DNA of 60,207 nucleotides, filler included, from Hausera hauseri (taxonomy: Eukaryota): the NCBI GenBank assembly GCA_046269625.1. It is 12 parts of 12 records of this genome, joined end to end, with 100 filler letters (N's around TTAATTAATTAA, not from the genome) between each part and the next. Parts side by side here need not be neighbours in the genome. Positions count along the whole stretch, not along the records: positions 33,956 to 38,233 come from JBJURY010661996.1; positions 38,334 to 44,220 come from JBJURY010174305.1; positions 44,321 to 49,592 come from JBJURY010293947.1; 9 more parts are not named here. One strand, 5' to 3'. Below, piece after piece: positions 33,856-46,480 of this stretch. A model generated the notes under the pieces. It saw nothing but the letters and a program-made list of their open reading frames with translations. It was not told the DNA's origin and did no database searches. Position numbers and translations under genes: made by a program. How positions within the stretch are numbered: the stretch's first letter is position 1; the number at the start of each line of letters is the position of its first letter.

Positions 33856-35504
33856 NNNNNNNNNNNNNNNNNNNNNNNNNNNNNNNNNNNNNNNNNNNNT
33901 TAATTAATTAANNNNNNNNNNNNNNNNNNNNNNNNNNNNNNNNNNNNNNNNNNNNGACATTGTTATGAAACTGGATACCAATGAAAGAAAAGACTAACAA
34001 TCATCTTTGTGTTTTTATTAATAAACTGTATTTATTAAGAAAACTGTAGTTTAATAAATTTTTATGTGTTTTGTGTTCTTAGTTTTTATCATATAAAAAA
34101 TAATAAGTTAATGAATACAAGATTTATTATACAAACAAGTCACTCAATACATTCATTGTCTATTAAATTCAACAATCGCGTTCTTTAGTTCTTTCTGACT
34201 GTTTTCTAATTCTTCTGCCATTCTGATTATTTTTTCAATCATCCGACTAACAATAATCAATCTGCTTCATATTACTCCAACAGAATTTCCGGTGCTACAT
34301 AAGCAAAATCATCTGTCATAGTAAACAAAGCCCGAAATTTATGTAATCCTCCCCGAATATCTCCTTGTTTCAACTTAATCACTGCTGCATAAACTGTCAC
34401 TTTCGATTTAAATGATGACAAGATATTTGGTTGAAACATTTTTATAAGTGACACTGACACAGCGGTATTCATAGAAATTTAAACAAAGTGGGGTGGGAAT
34501 AGTGAAACCCAGTCTGTGACAGATAATGCTTTGTTCACTGACAAAATTTAAACATACCGACCAATCACATTAAACCAAAATGAAAAGAAAAAAAATTTTA
34601 GCACAAAATTCAAATTTTTTAAACCACTTTGAATCCATACAGCACGCCTGCTTGTGTGTATCAGTTTCATAAATGTGTGCCTCCTATCTCCCCCTATTAA
34701 TCGTGTACGTGTATGGCTTTTTCTACCCCATGACTTATCCCGAACCACATCTTTTCCTGCCTTCTCTAGGGGGGGTTGGCGCAGTGCTCTCCCCTTTTAT
34801 CTGCTTAGAACTGTGGGCTCTAGCCCACTTTCCCGAAAATGCTTAGATCGACCTCGGACCTAGTTTGCCCCACCTGTCTCGCAATTCTGAGCATTTTATG
34901 TCTCGAGGTCGGAGACCCCCCTTCCAGGGAAAGAAGAAGGTCGAGCAATGGACTTTGAACCAAGACCAATCGGTCGAGCCGGGAAAGGCAAACAAAAGTT
35001 AACCGCGCCGCGAAGCCAAAAAATGAAACCCGGCGGCACAGTAGGCGGAAGAAGAAAAACGGGCAATGTGCAACTGGCAACACAACACATGTTGCTGGTA
35101 TACCGAAATTTTGTACATAGGTAAAATTGATGTTGGCAAGTCGAATTGACACGGTTTTTTCGTCGTTCGACCAAGGGAACATGGGGAAAACCGGTTGGGA
35201 AAATTTCCGTCGGGTAAAATTTCCCCATTTTCAAGTCTGCCAGTAATAGCAATGGGTCTCATACATTGCCCATAAGTTGGGGAAAATTTCATATTATAAC
35301 CGCCTCACAATCAGACCAACGGATCCGGGTGAAAAATGCAATAGAAAAACGCATTGTTAAAAGTCATCGTTGTAAATGCGTTCCTTTTTTGTAGAAAAAT
35401 CGTAAATTTTATTTTGTACGACGACGACGCTTAAAACCGGTCGCACAAATTACCACAATCATATTCGGACTCACCGCAATGAGATGAGTCGGGAAAAATT
35501 TTAC

Positions 35505-35946
35505 CTTTATACACATGTCATTTTGAGGACAATAATGTTGCAGAATTTGTTTAACGTTCTGTATGTAACGTTCTAATATTTCGATCTTATTAAGATCTTC
35601 GTCAGAGAAGATCGGTCGGACAGATATTTCGACACGAACTAAACAATGTCTACTCATCTTTTGAATCTAGCACACGCAATATGTTGCATTATAAGTTATT
35701 TGATTTTGTCAAAAACGTCTTTATTTGTGAGATTACCTTTCTATTCATAGTTGGGTATCTACATTTACTTATAGTGCGACATATTGTGTTCGAGATTCAA
35801 AAAGATGAGTAGATATTGTTTAGTTTGTGTCGAAATATCTGCCCGACCGATGTTCTCTGACGAAGATCGAAATATTAAAACGTTAAATAAAGAATGTTAA
35901 ACAAATTCTGCAACATTATTATCCTCAAAAAGACATGTATATAAAG
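35505..35946. repeat. Long imperfect inverted repeat (arms 35505-35696 and 35767-35946, 70-bp spacer)
   Basis: cagatatttcgacacgaactaaacaatgtctactcatcttttgaatct is the reverse complement (few mismatches) of agattcaaaagatgagtagatattgtttagtttgtgtcgaaatatctg. Confidence 0.9.
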
Positions 35947-38333
35947 TGTATAACTTAATGTGTTGCTCCAAAAGAATCCTATTGTTATTTTATAAAAGTA
36001 AATTTGCATGGTAACTAAATTGTTAGTAATCAGTTACTAACTGTGCAATAATTGCTATTTTTATGCCTTGATTGTAATAATTTGGCCGCCTCTGTAAGGC
36101 AATGGGTGGGAAAAAAATTATACACAGTAAACTAATTAATTTTGTTTTAATGAATTATTTTTGTAGTAGTTGAAGTAGAGTCTATTTGTAAGATTCTTTA
36201 TGGTAATGGAGCTTTACATCCATAACGGTTAGAATGAGCTTAAACTATGGTAGAAAGCCGTGGATAAACAAACAAGCCCGAGGTTTGTATGGAGAATAAG
36301 AAGCAGTCATCGTATACAAATGTTTAACAAGTAAAACATATTCACAAGTACATAAAAGAATCTAAAAAAATCTTATCTCCGTTTTGTATATTTTGCACAA
36401 TTAATTTAAAACTTCTCGTTTTGGTTTGTAATTTCCATAATCTGGAGCCGCAGTTAGGATTTATTGTCATTTTGTTCAATCGATTTTGTACCAACCAAAC
36501 AACACTTGATTAAACATAACGAGATATTTTAAGAAAGTCACCGGCACATTGTTTATTGCCCGACACATTCTGTTGCAGTAGGCAATCAACGAAACACTTG
36601 AGATTGTGTCAACTTTCGTAATTAAAAACGGTAGAAGAACCCAATATATAGTTGACTAACACGACCAATAATTGTGTAAAATGTACATAAAATATTATGG
36701 TTTTATTGGTTTCATTTAACTCACCCAACCAGCCAGATGGAACTAATCAAATATTCTATTCGTTGTTTATAATTGGCTTAAATACCCGCACCGTATGTAT
36801 GTCTTAGTATTGAATGGTGGTTGATTGTGACGAATGTATGGGTGGATACTGATATGGAAGGTGTATTAATGTAAAAACAGAATGATGGTCATAAAATGTC
36901 GTATAATACAATAAATTGATTAAGCAAATTAAAATGAAATCGACACATTTCTTCTTCTTGACTACCACAGACTAATACTAAAATATTTCAGGAGCTAGTA
37001 CTAAAATATTTGCTATAAGTTTCTATCAAATAGAGGACAATTCTCTCCTTGCGATTTGAGTATAGTCATACTCCAATCTCGGGTTACCCAATGTCCAATT
37101 GCAGTCCGCGATTTAGTTTCTATAACCCTAACATTATCTCTCACTGCCATGGTTCCATTCCCAAAGTTCTGTTTGACTGATGTTCTTCTTTTGCCACCCA
37201 ATCGGTGTAAGATATCCTTATCTAACGTCAATATTGTTGATCCTCTCATCCCCAATATCGAATATTGTAATCCTCCTCACCACAACTCAAAAATAAAGCC
37301 TTGCATTCAAAGGTGAAACTTCTCCATTATTAGAACGAACTACTCATTCCGTCACGTACTTTACCACCGATTTAAAGCAGACTAAAATCCTGGGTCTCAC
37401 ATACACCTCTACCCGGTTTACCACTCCAAGAAATACGGTCTCTGAGGCTAGAATCTTGCACACATAGACTAACTCCATCACACATAACTTTGCAGTACAG
37501 ATAACCATACAAGAATACTGTCCATCAGCCGGGTTTATTTTTCTCCCTCTCTACCGACAATGTCACATAGAACATCACTTCTCAAACTTCAGCTACATAT
37601 CACTCCATCCCCACCTCTGATTTTACCCAAACACAGAACACCTTTGTTTTTATCAACCGTAGCATAAAAATTTTCTCCATTTAGACTGAAACTCGTCATC
37701 TCCTTAGATTCCTCTATAGTCTGATCATTTTTTCCAACTAAATATCGACTTCTTTTAGCCTCTATTTTGTGAATCATTCCCTCGTCATTGATGTTTCGCA
37801 TCAAGTAATCGTTAAACTTTTAACCTGATATTGTTAACATCTACCTCCGTCGTTCGATATCCACACATTATAACCATCACCTCATGTCGATCGTAATTCC
37901 ATATATTGAATATCTGAATTATCTTTCTTCATCAACACACATTTAGATATCTCTTCCAATACCATCAGACAGATTTCTAAACTTAGCTCGCTAATCTCGC
38001 CTATGGTAACCCCTTTTGATTTTGCCATTTCGTTTTGAAACTTTGGATTTATTTCAATAGATCTCTTCACTTTCAATTTTGTTGATTAGATATTGTCTTT
38101 TACTTGCAACAGGACAAACTCAGAATTCGACTTATTTTACTTGTCATCTTTTCTGTCAATTCGTCACTGTTTATACGATGATTTACAGTTCTATGAATCT
38201 CCTGGTTTTACCGTTTCTCTCATCACAATGACTNNNNNNNNNNNNNNNNNNNNNNNNNNNNNNNNNNNNNNNNNNNNTTAATTAATTAANNNNNNNNNNN
38301 NNNNNNNNNNNNNNNNNNNNNNNNNNNNNNNNN

Positions 38334-40500
38334 ACCGGACCAGCTATTTTTACAAGAATGATGAATAAGATGCTAATGGGATTAGACCATGCTTTTGCGT
38401 ATTTAGATGACGTAATGATAGCATCGAAAACGGAAGAGGAACACACTAATAAGGATATTGGATTGAAATTAAACCCCAAGAAATGTAAATGAGCTCAAAA
38501 CGCAGTATCCTACCTTGGCCATATAGTTGGATAAGGAGGATCAAAACCAGATAAGTCGTTATTGAATAAAATATCAGACTTCAGGGAGCTACAAAGTCAA
38601 AAAGAGTTAGGTGGATATTACGCCACTTATGTACCGGACAACTCGAGAATAAATGCACCCTTATATAGACTACTAAAGAAGAGAATTAAGTGGAAATGGA
38701 TAGACGTCGAACAGAAAGCGTTCGACGAAATTAAAAGGATATTAACGAGTGAACCAGTTTTACGATACCTCGACTTTAATTTACTCTTCATAATCAAGAC
38801 AGACGCCAGTAAGAAAGGTATTGGTTACGAATTAGCACAGAAAAGAGAAGATGAAGAATTAGAACACCCAATTGTTTACGGAGGACGTTCCTTGAAGAAA
38901 GCCGAAAAAAATTACTCCGTCACCGAACTAGAAACACTAGCCGTAAAAGAAGCGCTTCAAGATTTTAACGTTTATGTGTACGGGCAGAAAATCATAATCG
39001 TTACTGATTAGAAAGCCGTTACTACCTTAAATGGACGAGTGAATAACCCAATATGCAAACTCAACAGGTGGATTGAGGAGATCTCGAGGTACAATATTGA
39101 ACTTCAGTACAAGCCGGGAAATAAGCATGTAGATGCCGACGCACTATCGAGGTTAAAATCCAAAACAAGTGCAATCACTGTAATAAAGAAGAGTCAGATC
39201 GAAGAGATAATAGATCGCCAACGTGCTCTAACGATAGATAAAGCATTTAAAATTTCAACCGGACAAAGAAAGGATAAAATCATCCAGCAGATTATAGAAT
39301 TCGTCAAGAAGGACGTAATACCAAAAGAACGCCAGTTAAAGAATTATTTACACAGACATGGACACCAGTATTACATTATGAATAACGAGGATCCTGAAAA
39401 CCTCCTATATTACGAGCGAAAAGGAAGGAAATTGATAATTATTCCAAAAAGCTTACGGATTGAGGTTTTGACGTCGGAACATGATTCGTATTTAACAGGA
39501 CACATGTACTGGAAGAAAACATTAGAAAGAATATTAAATAAATACTTTTGGCCCAGTATCTATATCGATGTAAAGAATTGGGTGGATGTCTGTGAAGTAT
39601 GTGCGACTAAACAAAAGAAGACAAAGAATTACAGGGCTGAATTAAAGCCGATTAATGTGCCTGATAGACCTATGCAAGCCACGTCAATGGATATCATAGG
39701 ACCGCTCCCTACAACCCATAAAAACAATAAATATATCTTAACTTGTATTGATCGACTAACTCATTTTGTCGAGCTGATTGCGCTGATTGACCAAAAAGCA
39801 GAAACACTGGCTGAAGCTGTAGTTAGGAAGGTCATCTGTTGATATGGACCGCCCGATCAGATACTGACAGATCGAGGAAGAAATTTCACGAATGAATTTT
39901 TCCAAAAAAATTACCATATCATCACCAGTGCAATGGGATAGTCGAATGGATGAATGCTACCGTCATACGCATACTATCTACAGTAGTAGCGAAAGAACAG
40001 AAAGATTGGAACGAATTCCTAGAAGGCACTCAATTCTCTATCAGTACTACGCCACATCCGGCGACAGGATTTACACCATTCTTCATGATGTACGGGCATG
40101 AGGCAGTACTGCCCACAGATCTAGGAATGATACCATATACAGGTAGCACAGAGGATCTAGAACACAACTTCGCAGAGGTACTACGGACACGTCTACAAAA
40201 GTGCTGGGAAATCGCCAAAGAAATATCCGAGGGATATCAAGAACAATGTAAGAAGCAATATGATAAAAAAGCGAAACTGCACGATTTAGAGTGTGGAAAT
40301 TGGGTCTATGTACATTATCCAGTAGCCAAGAAAGGTACATCATTAAAACTGACATGTACAGTTAGAGGGCCGTACGAAATTACTAGGACCACACCAACCA
40401 AGGTGTACATTAACAAAAACGGAAAATAAGAAGTCGTGTCAGTACAAAGAGTTGTTAAAACAGAAATACGGCCTAACAGACGTTATAATTTACGTCGACA
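38334..40500 (+). pseudogene. Ty3/gypsy pol (RT C-terminus, RNase H, integrase), decayed; same family as 49693-52000
   Basis: AYLDDVMI; TDASKKGIG; YSVTELETLA; HDSYLTGH...CEVC; MDIIGP; TDRG; RGPYEI; RRYNLR. Confidence 0.95.
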
Positions 40501-40529
40501 CGAAATAAAAACTTCTTCAATAATCGCCA

Positions 40530-41590
40530 GACCAATATCGTACATTCAAATAGTTTTAACAGTATCGCTAATTGCTTCTTATCTTCCGAGAACACAGGCC
40601 CAATGGTGGGATGACGAATCTACACTAGGAGACATATACGGAATACGGAAAAGCGGAATAAGGACGAAAAATAACACAGAAAAAAAGAATTAACCCCTGA
40701 GGAGATCCAAAGACAAGAAGACATTAAATTATTACAAACAATAGCAATTCATTATTTCTCGCCAAATTCCGTATGTGTTGGATTCAAGGCTTGGAGGCTA
40801 CACCACAATTTCGGAAGATTTCAAATTGTCTTACATGATATAACAACGAAAGAAGCGAAAAATTGTGACTTTGAACCTGGAGATTATACGCAGTGTTGCG
40901 ACATAGATATTGGACGCATTTATAATCTTACCTATCGCCTGTACCTACCGGAATCCTTAGAAATATATATTGAAATAAAACCGCAACTTCAATTAGTTGT
41001 TCCTGCATGGAACAGACATCATGGAATAAAGCTCAATGAAATACAACCGTCCACTGACTTAAGTTTAAGACTATTGGCTGACACCTAAAAGAGAAGTGTG
41101 GCGAATCCCTGTCAAGTTTTCGGTACATCGTTACAAAATCGTGTTTTATGTGGAAGAGAAACTAAACTGCGATATACACATAAGCTGCAGAACTACGTAT
41201 AACGATCAAACCATGATGATACCTAAAAGCACTTACCAAACAGAATGCGATCTGCTCCAACCAGACTCCGATTACTTAGTACAAATATATGCAAGGAATA
41301 AGCAAACTCACACAACTGCATTACGCACACTAAACTAAATTCATATAGCATCGCACATCTATGAAAATATAGACAATGAACTTACAATTCCGGCCACTGT
41401 ACAAACACCATTTGGATTAACTACATTACCAGTTATAGCAATCGTTGTATTGTCAGTATTTGTTCTCGGTGCTCTAGTTGCGGTTTCTAGGTTGATTACC
41501 AAAAAGTGTCTGTCTAGGCGCCCCAAAATTACAGAATGGGAGTTAATAGAATTGGGAAAGCCTGTCGACCCTTATGATGAAATAACCTGA
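40530..41590 (+). pseudogene. Type I membrane protein in frame after integrase: signal peptide, two FN3-like domains, TM, short tail ending YDEIT
   Basis: Signal IQIVLTVSLIASYLPRTQA; FSPNSVCVGF..GRIYNLTY; STDLSLRL/WLTP..YKIVFY..LQPDSDYLVQIYARN; TM LPVIAIVVLSVFVLGALVAVSRLI. Two frameshifts and one stop. Confidence 0.65.
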
Positions 41591-41710
41591 CAATTACAGA
41601 TCGGGTTATTCCGTCATCAAACCAAGGGCTGGTTCTATTCTAACATCGCAATTTGTTTAAAGATCAATCTTTACATTTTAGTTTTCAAATTAGTAAGTAA
41701 ACCAACCGAC

Positions 41711-44214
41711 ATGGAGGAAAGCCGACGTAGCATCGACGAATTCTTACAAAGATATGCAACAGTGTTAATTCCCAAATCAAAATCTATATTCAGGCAGATA
41801 AATAATGAATTTCAAGAACGGACCTTCATCGAATATAAAACGACAAATGAAATTCCGAATAACCTCAAAGGAACCAATGAAGAAAATAGAACTGTCCGCT
41901 TGTATGCAATGAGACAGAATGAAGATGCGAAAGCCTATGCATTACTTCCATAGGCTCAATATAGTACAAACCGTCGTCAGAGCATATATGTACACTTAGC
42001 TGATGGAGAAATTTATTACCTGTTAAAGGATCAAAATTGAGACTCCGCAAAAGGGCGACAGAATCGATTTAGCACATTTTTAATCAATAGTAGAGACTTC
42101 CAGTTTTATAACTGGGAACTGGAATTTCGCGTAGCTGCTTTGCCTGTAAAGCTAATGTTTGAAGTGACAAAAGAGGAGACACAATATTCAACATTACCGC
42201 CTTTGGAATTCAGACAGAACCCCACTGAAGAAGATCAGGACGAACACTCATATTCTCTCAGATTGGTATCGGACGCACGGAACGTCCGAATCATTGCGGT
42301 GAACTATGGAGAAGGGGATCATGAAAATTATATTCCAATCGAGGTATCCGTACGAGAAGCGAATGGTATCGAAATCTATTCGAAAATAATCAGTCCAAGA
42401 AAAGGGCGAGAGAGATTTATACAGAGGTAACGGGGGTCCGAAAAGAACAAATAACTCAAGGAAAGAATATAGAAGTAATCCGAGAGGAACTAAGACATTG
42501 TTTGTACGGATGTATCCTAGTCGGATATTAGCTGGAAATGATTATGGAGAAATTAAAACTCCCAACCAAATACATCTCAGGAATAAGAGAAATAGAAACG
42601 CACCCTAAAATAATGGAGCAAATGGAACGAAACCTAACAGCAAGAAAAGAGTATCTACCACCGACCGTTGAGGGTCGATTTAAGTTGATGATTGAAGTAA
42701 TGAGCGGAACGCATGTTAGAATAAGTCGACTATTAGCAGCCAGCCAGAGATCTCAATACTAACGAGACATAAGTGCAGGGCTGAAATGGGATCACGAATG
42801 GATTCCAGACAATCCGAATCAAAATTTAAGAAGTTCCACTAATCCAGAAAATTTAAGCAACAGGCATAGACGATATTTTCGTCCCTATTCTTCCCCTAGA
42901 AACGTCGAAAACATAGAAAGATCCAATTACCGAATAACTATGCAAAAACGTAATTCAAGAAAAACTAATGAAGAACCAAAGATGGACAAGAATAGACCTA
43001 GTACAAGTTATAGTTCTGAGACAAGATCCATGAAATCACAGGAAGTATTCAAAATACCGAAGATTGCAAGAAAATATCAGGAAAAAGATAAAATCCAAAG
43101 ACAGTAAAACGAAAACACCGTAGTCGTTGGTAAAAGAAAAATATCCCTTTACGACTAGTTATTTAAGAAAAAGAACAAGACTACGAAAACAGACAAGCAA
43201 ACGAACCTCGATCACGGACAAGGAAACCAAACTGTCGGAGCCATCATAGAACATTTGGAAAAGGAAACTCCACCGAAATCCGCAATAACGCAAAACATTG
43301 GGAGAAATAAAAACTTTATGAAGGAGCCGAAACAGTCAATAACCAAAATAAATATATTAAAGAAAGAGAGCTCTCCTAACAACATATCCCCCAATGCGAC
43401 GGAGAATTACCCTAAAATGTTAGTGAACATCGAGTATTACAGCCATCAAAGGATTAAGGAAGCCATGTTCTTTGTCAAAATGGTACCAGCATGAGAAGTC
43501 TATGAGAATACTTACGTTTGGGAAAATCCGAAGATTGGAAAATATATAGCACCCATATTCCAGTCAAAAAGAAATGGTATACTAATAGTCCCAGTAGGCA
43601 AATCCGTAAAGACGTATCTTAAGAAACAATACCAAAAATACCAATCAGTTGGTGAGGTTCCTGACTTAGATCGAGATACCATTAGTGATTGGACGTTAGT
43701 GCCAGTTGGTTGTGACCCCAAGAAAAGCTCTATAAACACCAAACAGAAAAGAATATACGAGTACTTATATTACGATAGTTATGGACTAGTTTTCGAACCC
43801 ATTGAACTCACGATACGAGTTGATCTAGATGACGAAAACTGGGAGATGGAAGAAAATGAGTGTCCGGTATGTGAAGCGAACCTCAAACAAGAATATGTGA
43901 TATTAAATAACCCCGATTGCAGACACAAATATTGTCGGGACTACTTAGAAAAGTGGACGCTAAACAGTGGAAAGACTACATGCCCGGTGTGCAGAGCCAA
44001 GGCAACAGATCTGAAATATTTCTCAAATGGCAGCTATACTCGAGTAGTACGAATTAAACCGCATCATTGTTACGAATTGGAAAGAAACCCCAGAGAAAAT
44101 TCAACGAGAATAGAACCAGAAACGAGTCTGAGACGACGAATGGACTTACTAAGACAAAATTGTTATGGCGTCACCTCTCCTGACGCAATAGGCACATCCG
44201 AGGATGCCGCTTAG
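41711..44214 (+). pseudogene. Long decayed accessory ORF (about 830 codons) ending in a C3HC4 RING finger (43861-43992)
   Basis: Collinear ORF pieces at 41711, 42140, 42538, 43255, 43699. CPVC...CRHKYCRDYLEKW...CPVCR (one Cys to Tyr). Confidence 0.7.
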
Positions 44215-44220
44215 GGAGGA
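44213..44220 (+). other. Candidate polypurine tract before a 3' LTR (contig ends here)
   Basis: AGGGAGGA overlapping the RING ORF stop codon. Confidence 0.4.
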
Positions 44221-44479
44221 NNNNNNNNNNNNNNNNNNNNNNNNNNNNNNNNNNNNNNNNNNNNTTAATTAATTAANNNNNNNNNNNNNNNNNNNNNNNN
44301 NNNNNNNNNNNNNNNNNNNNTTTATAAACACAAGGCCCTAGTAACAAGATATACAAAATTTTATCCAAATAAAATAGCAAAATCTAGTAAATACATCAAC
44401 GTTAATCAAAATCTGTTTTGTTAATTTAATAAGTACAAGTTTAAAGAGCAAGGGATAGAACTAAGGGATAACCGCAACT

Positions 44480-44720
44480 ATGAATATACATAATCACTGA
44501 AGACCGCAATTATTTTCGAAAATAACAATTACTTTCATTATTGCGAATACGACCAATGCCATTTGCACTAAAGAAGGCTGTTAAAGACTACATTAACAGA
44601 TTAATTGATTTAGCTGTTCTAGAACCATTTGAAACAGCCCAATTGTTGTTGTGGTAACAAATTTGAATAACAACTTTTGAGTTTGTGGTGATTTCAATGT
44701 TACTTTAAATCTACTGCTAA
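44480..44720 (+). pseudogene. Short gypsy RT N-terminal remnant of a different family
   Basis: RPMPFALKKAVKDYINRLIDLAVLEP..IVVV...VCGDFNVTLN. Confidence 0.7.
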
Positions 44721-45954
44721 TACAGTTCGAAATTTGGAAAAATTATGTGCCAGAGGTGCACAATTACGTGTTGTTTGAACTTGGTAATTCGACACCTAAT
44801 TTGAAATATTTTTATCGACTTTTTAGTATAAAATATTTCACAAATGTTCTTTTAAAAGATTGCATTTATAGTAAAATCTTCGTTCTAGAGTTCGCATAAA
44901 ATGAATTATAGAAGATCAATAGTGACATAAATTGAAAAACAGCAGTGTTTTGCCGAACTCTCTTCTTTAAAATAACTCTAAAGTAGCTCAGAGCTTTACC
45001 ACTGAAGACATCAGCGACTCTGTTAACTTCTGTGGCGGTTGAGTGACATTTCATGACAAACTGATAGATTTCTTCCCATTTCTGCTGTTCGTTGCTGTGG
45101 TGCCCACCTTTTGCACGCCCCGCGGCCGGATGGCCGAGCGACGTCGGGCGCCTGTTGTCGCTTTAATGGCGTTTCAGGCTTCGAACCGTGTCGATCTCTT
45201 GCGCCCGGTCCCGCTGCTGCGCGACGAAAAATGCCGGTTTCATCGCAGGTCAATGACTCTATATCAAAAGGATCGAGGAGAGCAATGATATTGCACTCGC
45301 CGAGAACAAAGGCTAAACATACCCTCAGTCGTCCCTATTGAAACCACATTCGGGTGGACATTTTTGTTCTTTTTAATCATGTAAAAGCTATATACACAAT
45401 TATTGGTTGCAATCATCATTTTGAATTCTAGTTTTGCATTTTACTTTTTGTAATTTTTAGTAATTTCAATTCCAATCAATTTACAATTTGGTCGTGATTT
45501 AATCTCTATTCAGTGTTTGATCATTTTTTGTCAGTATGGAAACTTTTCAGATACTGTAGATTTCAATTTTTCATACATTGCGTTTATTCAAATTTTGATT
45601 TATTCAATCGGTCTCAGCTAAATTTTTATTCTAATCAACAGTGGACAATTTTTACGGGTCTACTCTCGTATACTATCAGACATTTTGAATGTAGCCAATT
45701 CAAAAATCTTTTTGGACATTCAGTTGTGGTGATTTATTCTGAAAGTTTTTGACCTGTCAATTTTCAATCTTTTGATTTTGTGTCATCTCATTTATTGTCA
45801 GTTTTGTGTTTCAAACCGATTTTCTTCATTTGTTGGTTGGTTCGTTCGGTGCGGTGTGGACAGTCTAAAAATACATTTTGTTGAACATATTGAATTGATT
45901 ATTGTTGTTATTTTGAAAATATAACTAGGATTTTATCAATCAAATTGGTGTCAG

Positions 45955-46311
45955 ATGTCATCCAGTCCATCGGGAGCACATTTGTATAATCAAAGTTTTG
46001 CGTTTCACCAATTCATTTCTTCAGAAGCGAAGTCAAAACTTTCTGGCATTTTTGATAAAGAAATTGGAAATTTCAGTCCGTTTGTGAAACGTAAATATCA
46101 TTGTCGGTTTTGTGGTGGAATTATTTGTGAATCTTGTTCGCATATGATTCTTTCGTCGGAAGCATCAAGAATTTTATCATCTATGAATGCAAAGTCAAAT
46201 GCCAGATCAGTCAGTAATAACTACTATAACATTTTATGCAAGACAGCCAAAGTTATGAACATAAGTGCTTGGACAATACCAGTGACGATTCCCAAATATT
46301 TAGCGATTTGA
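45955..46311 (+). pseudogene. Partial FYVE-domain fragment
   Basis: FSPFVKRKYHCRFCGGIICESCS resembles R(R/K)HHCRxCG..C..CS. The first and last Cys pairs are missing. Confidence 0.6.
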
Positions 46312-46480
46312 ACAAAATTACTAATACTTACACGCAATATTATAACGAAAAGGAAAACTTATTCCCACTTGCAGAAAAATCTCTGTCAACTGAACGAAAC
46401 CTATAGAGTTCATTTTAATGCAAGGTACACATTTTGTAATTATTGTTCTGCTGGTATATTTTTATATATAACATTCTTAC

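Noticed and set aside
45023-45341. GC-rich patch with several short ORFs
   Set aside because: No recognisable domain or RNA fold; cannot support a call.
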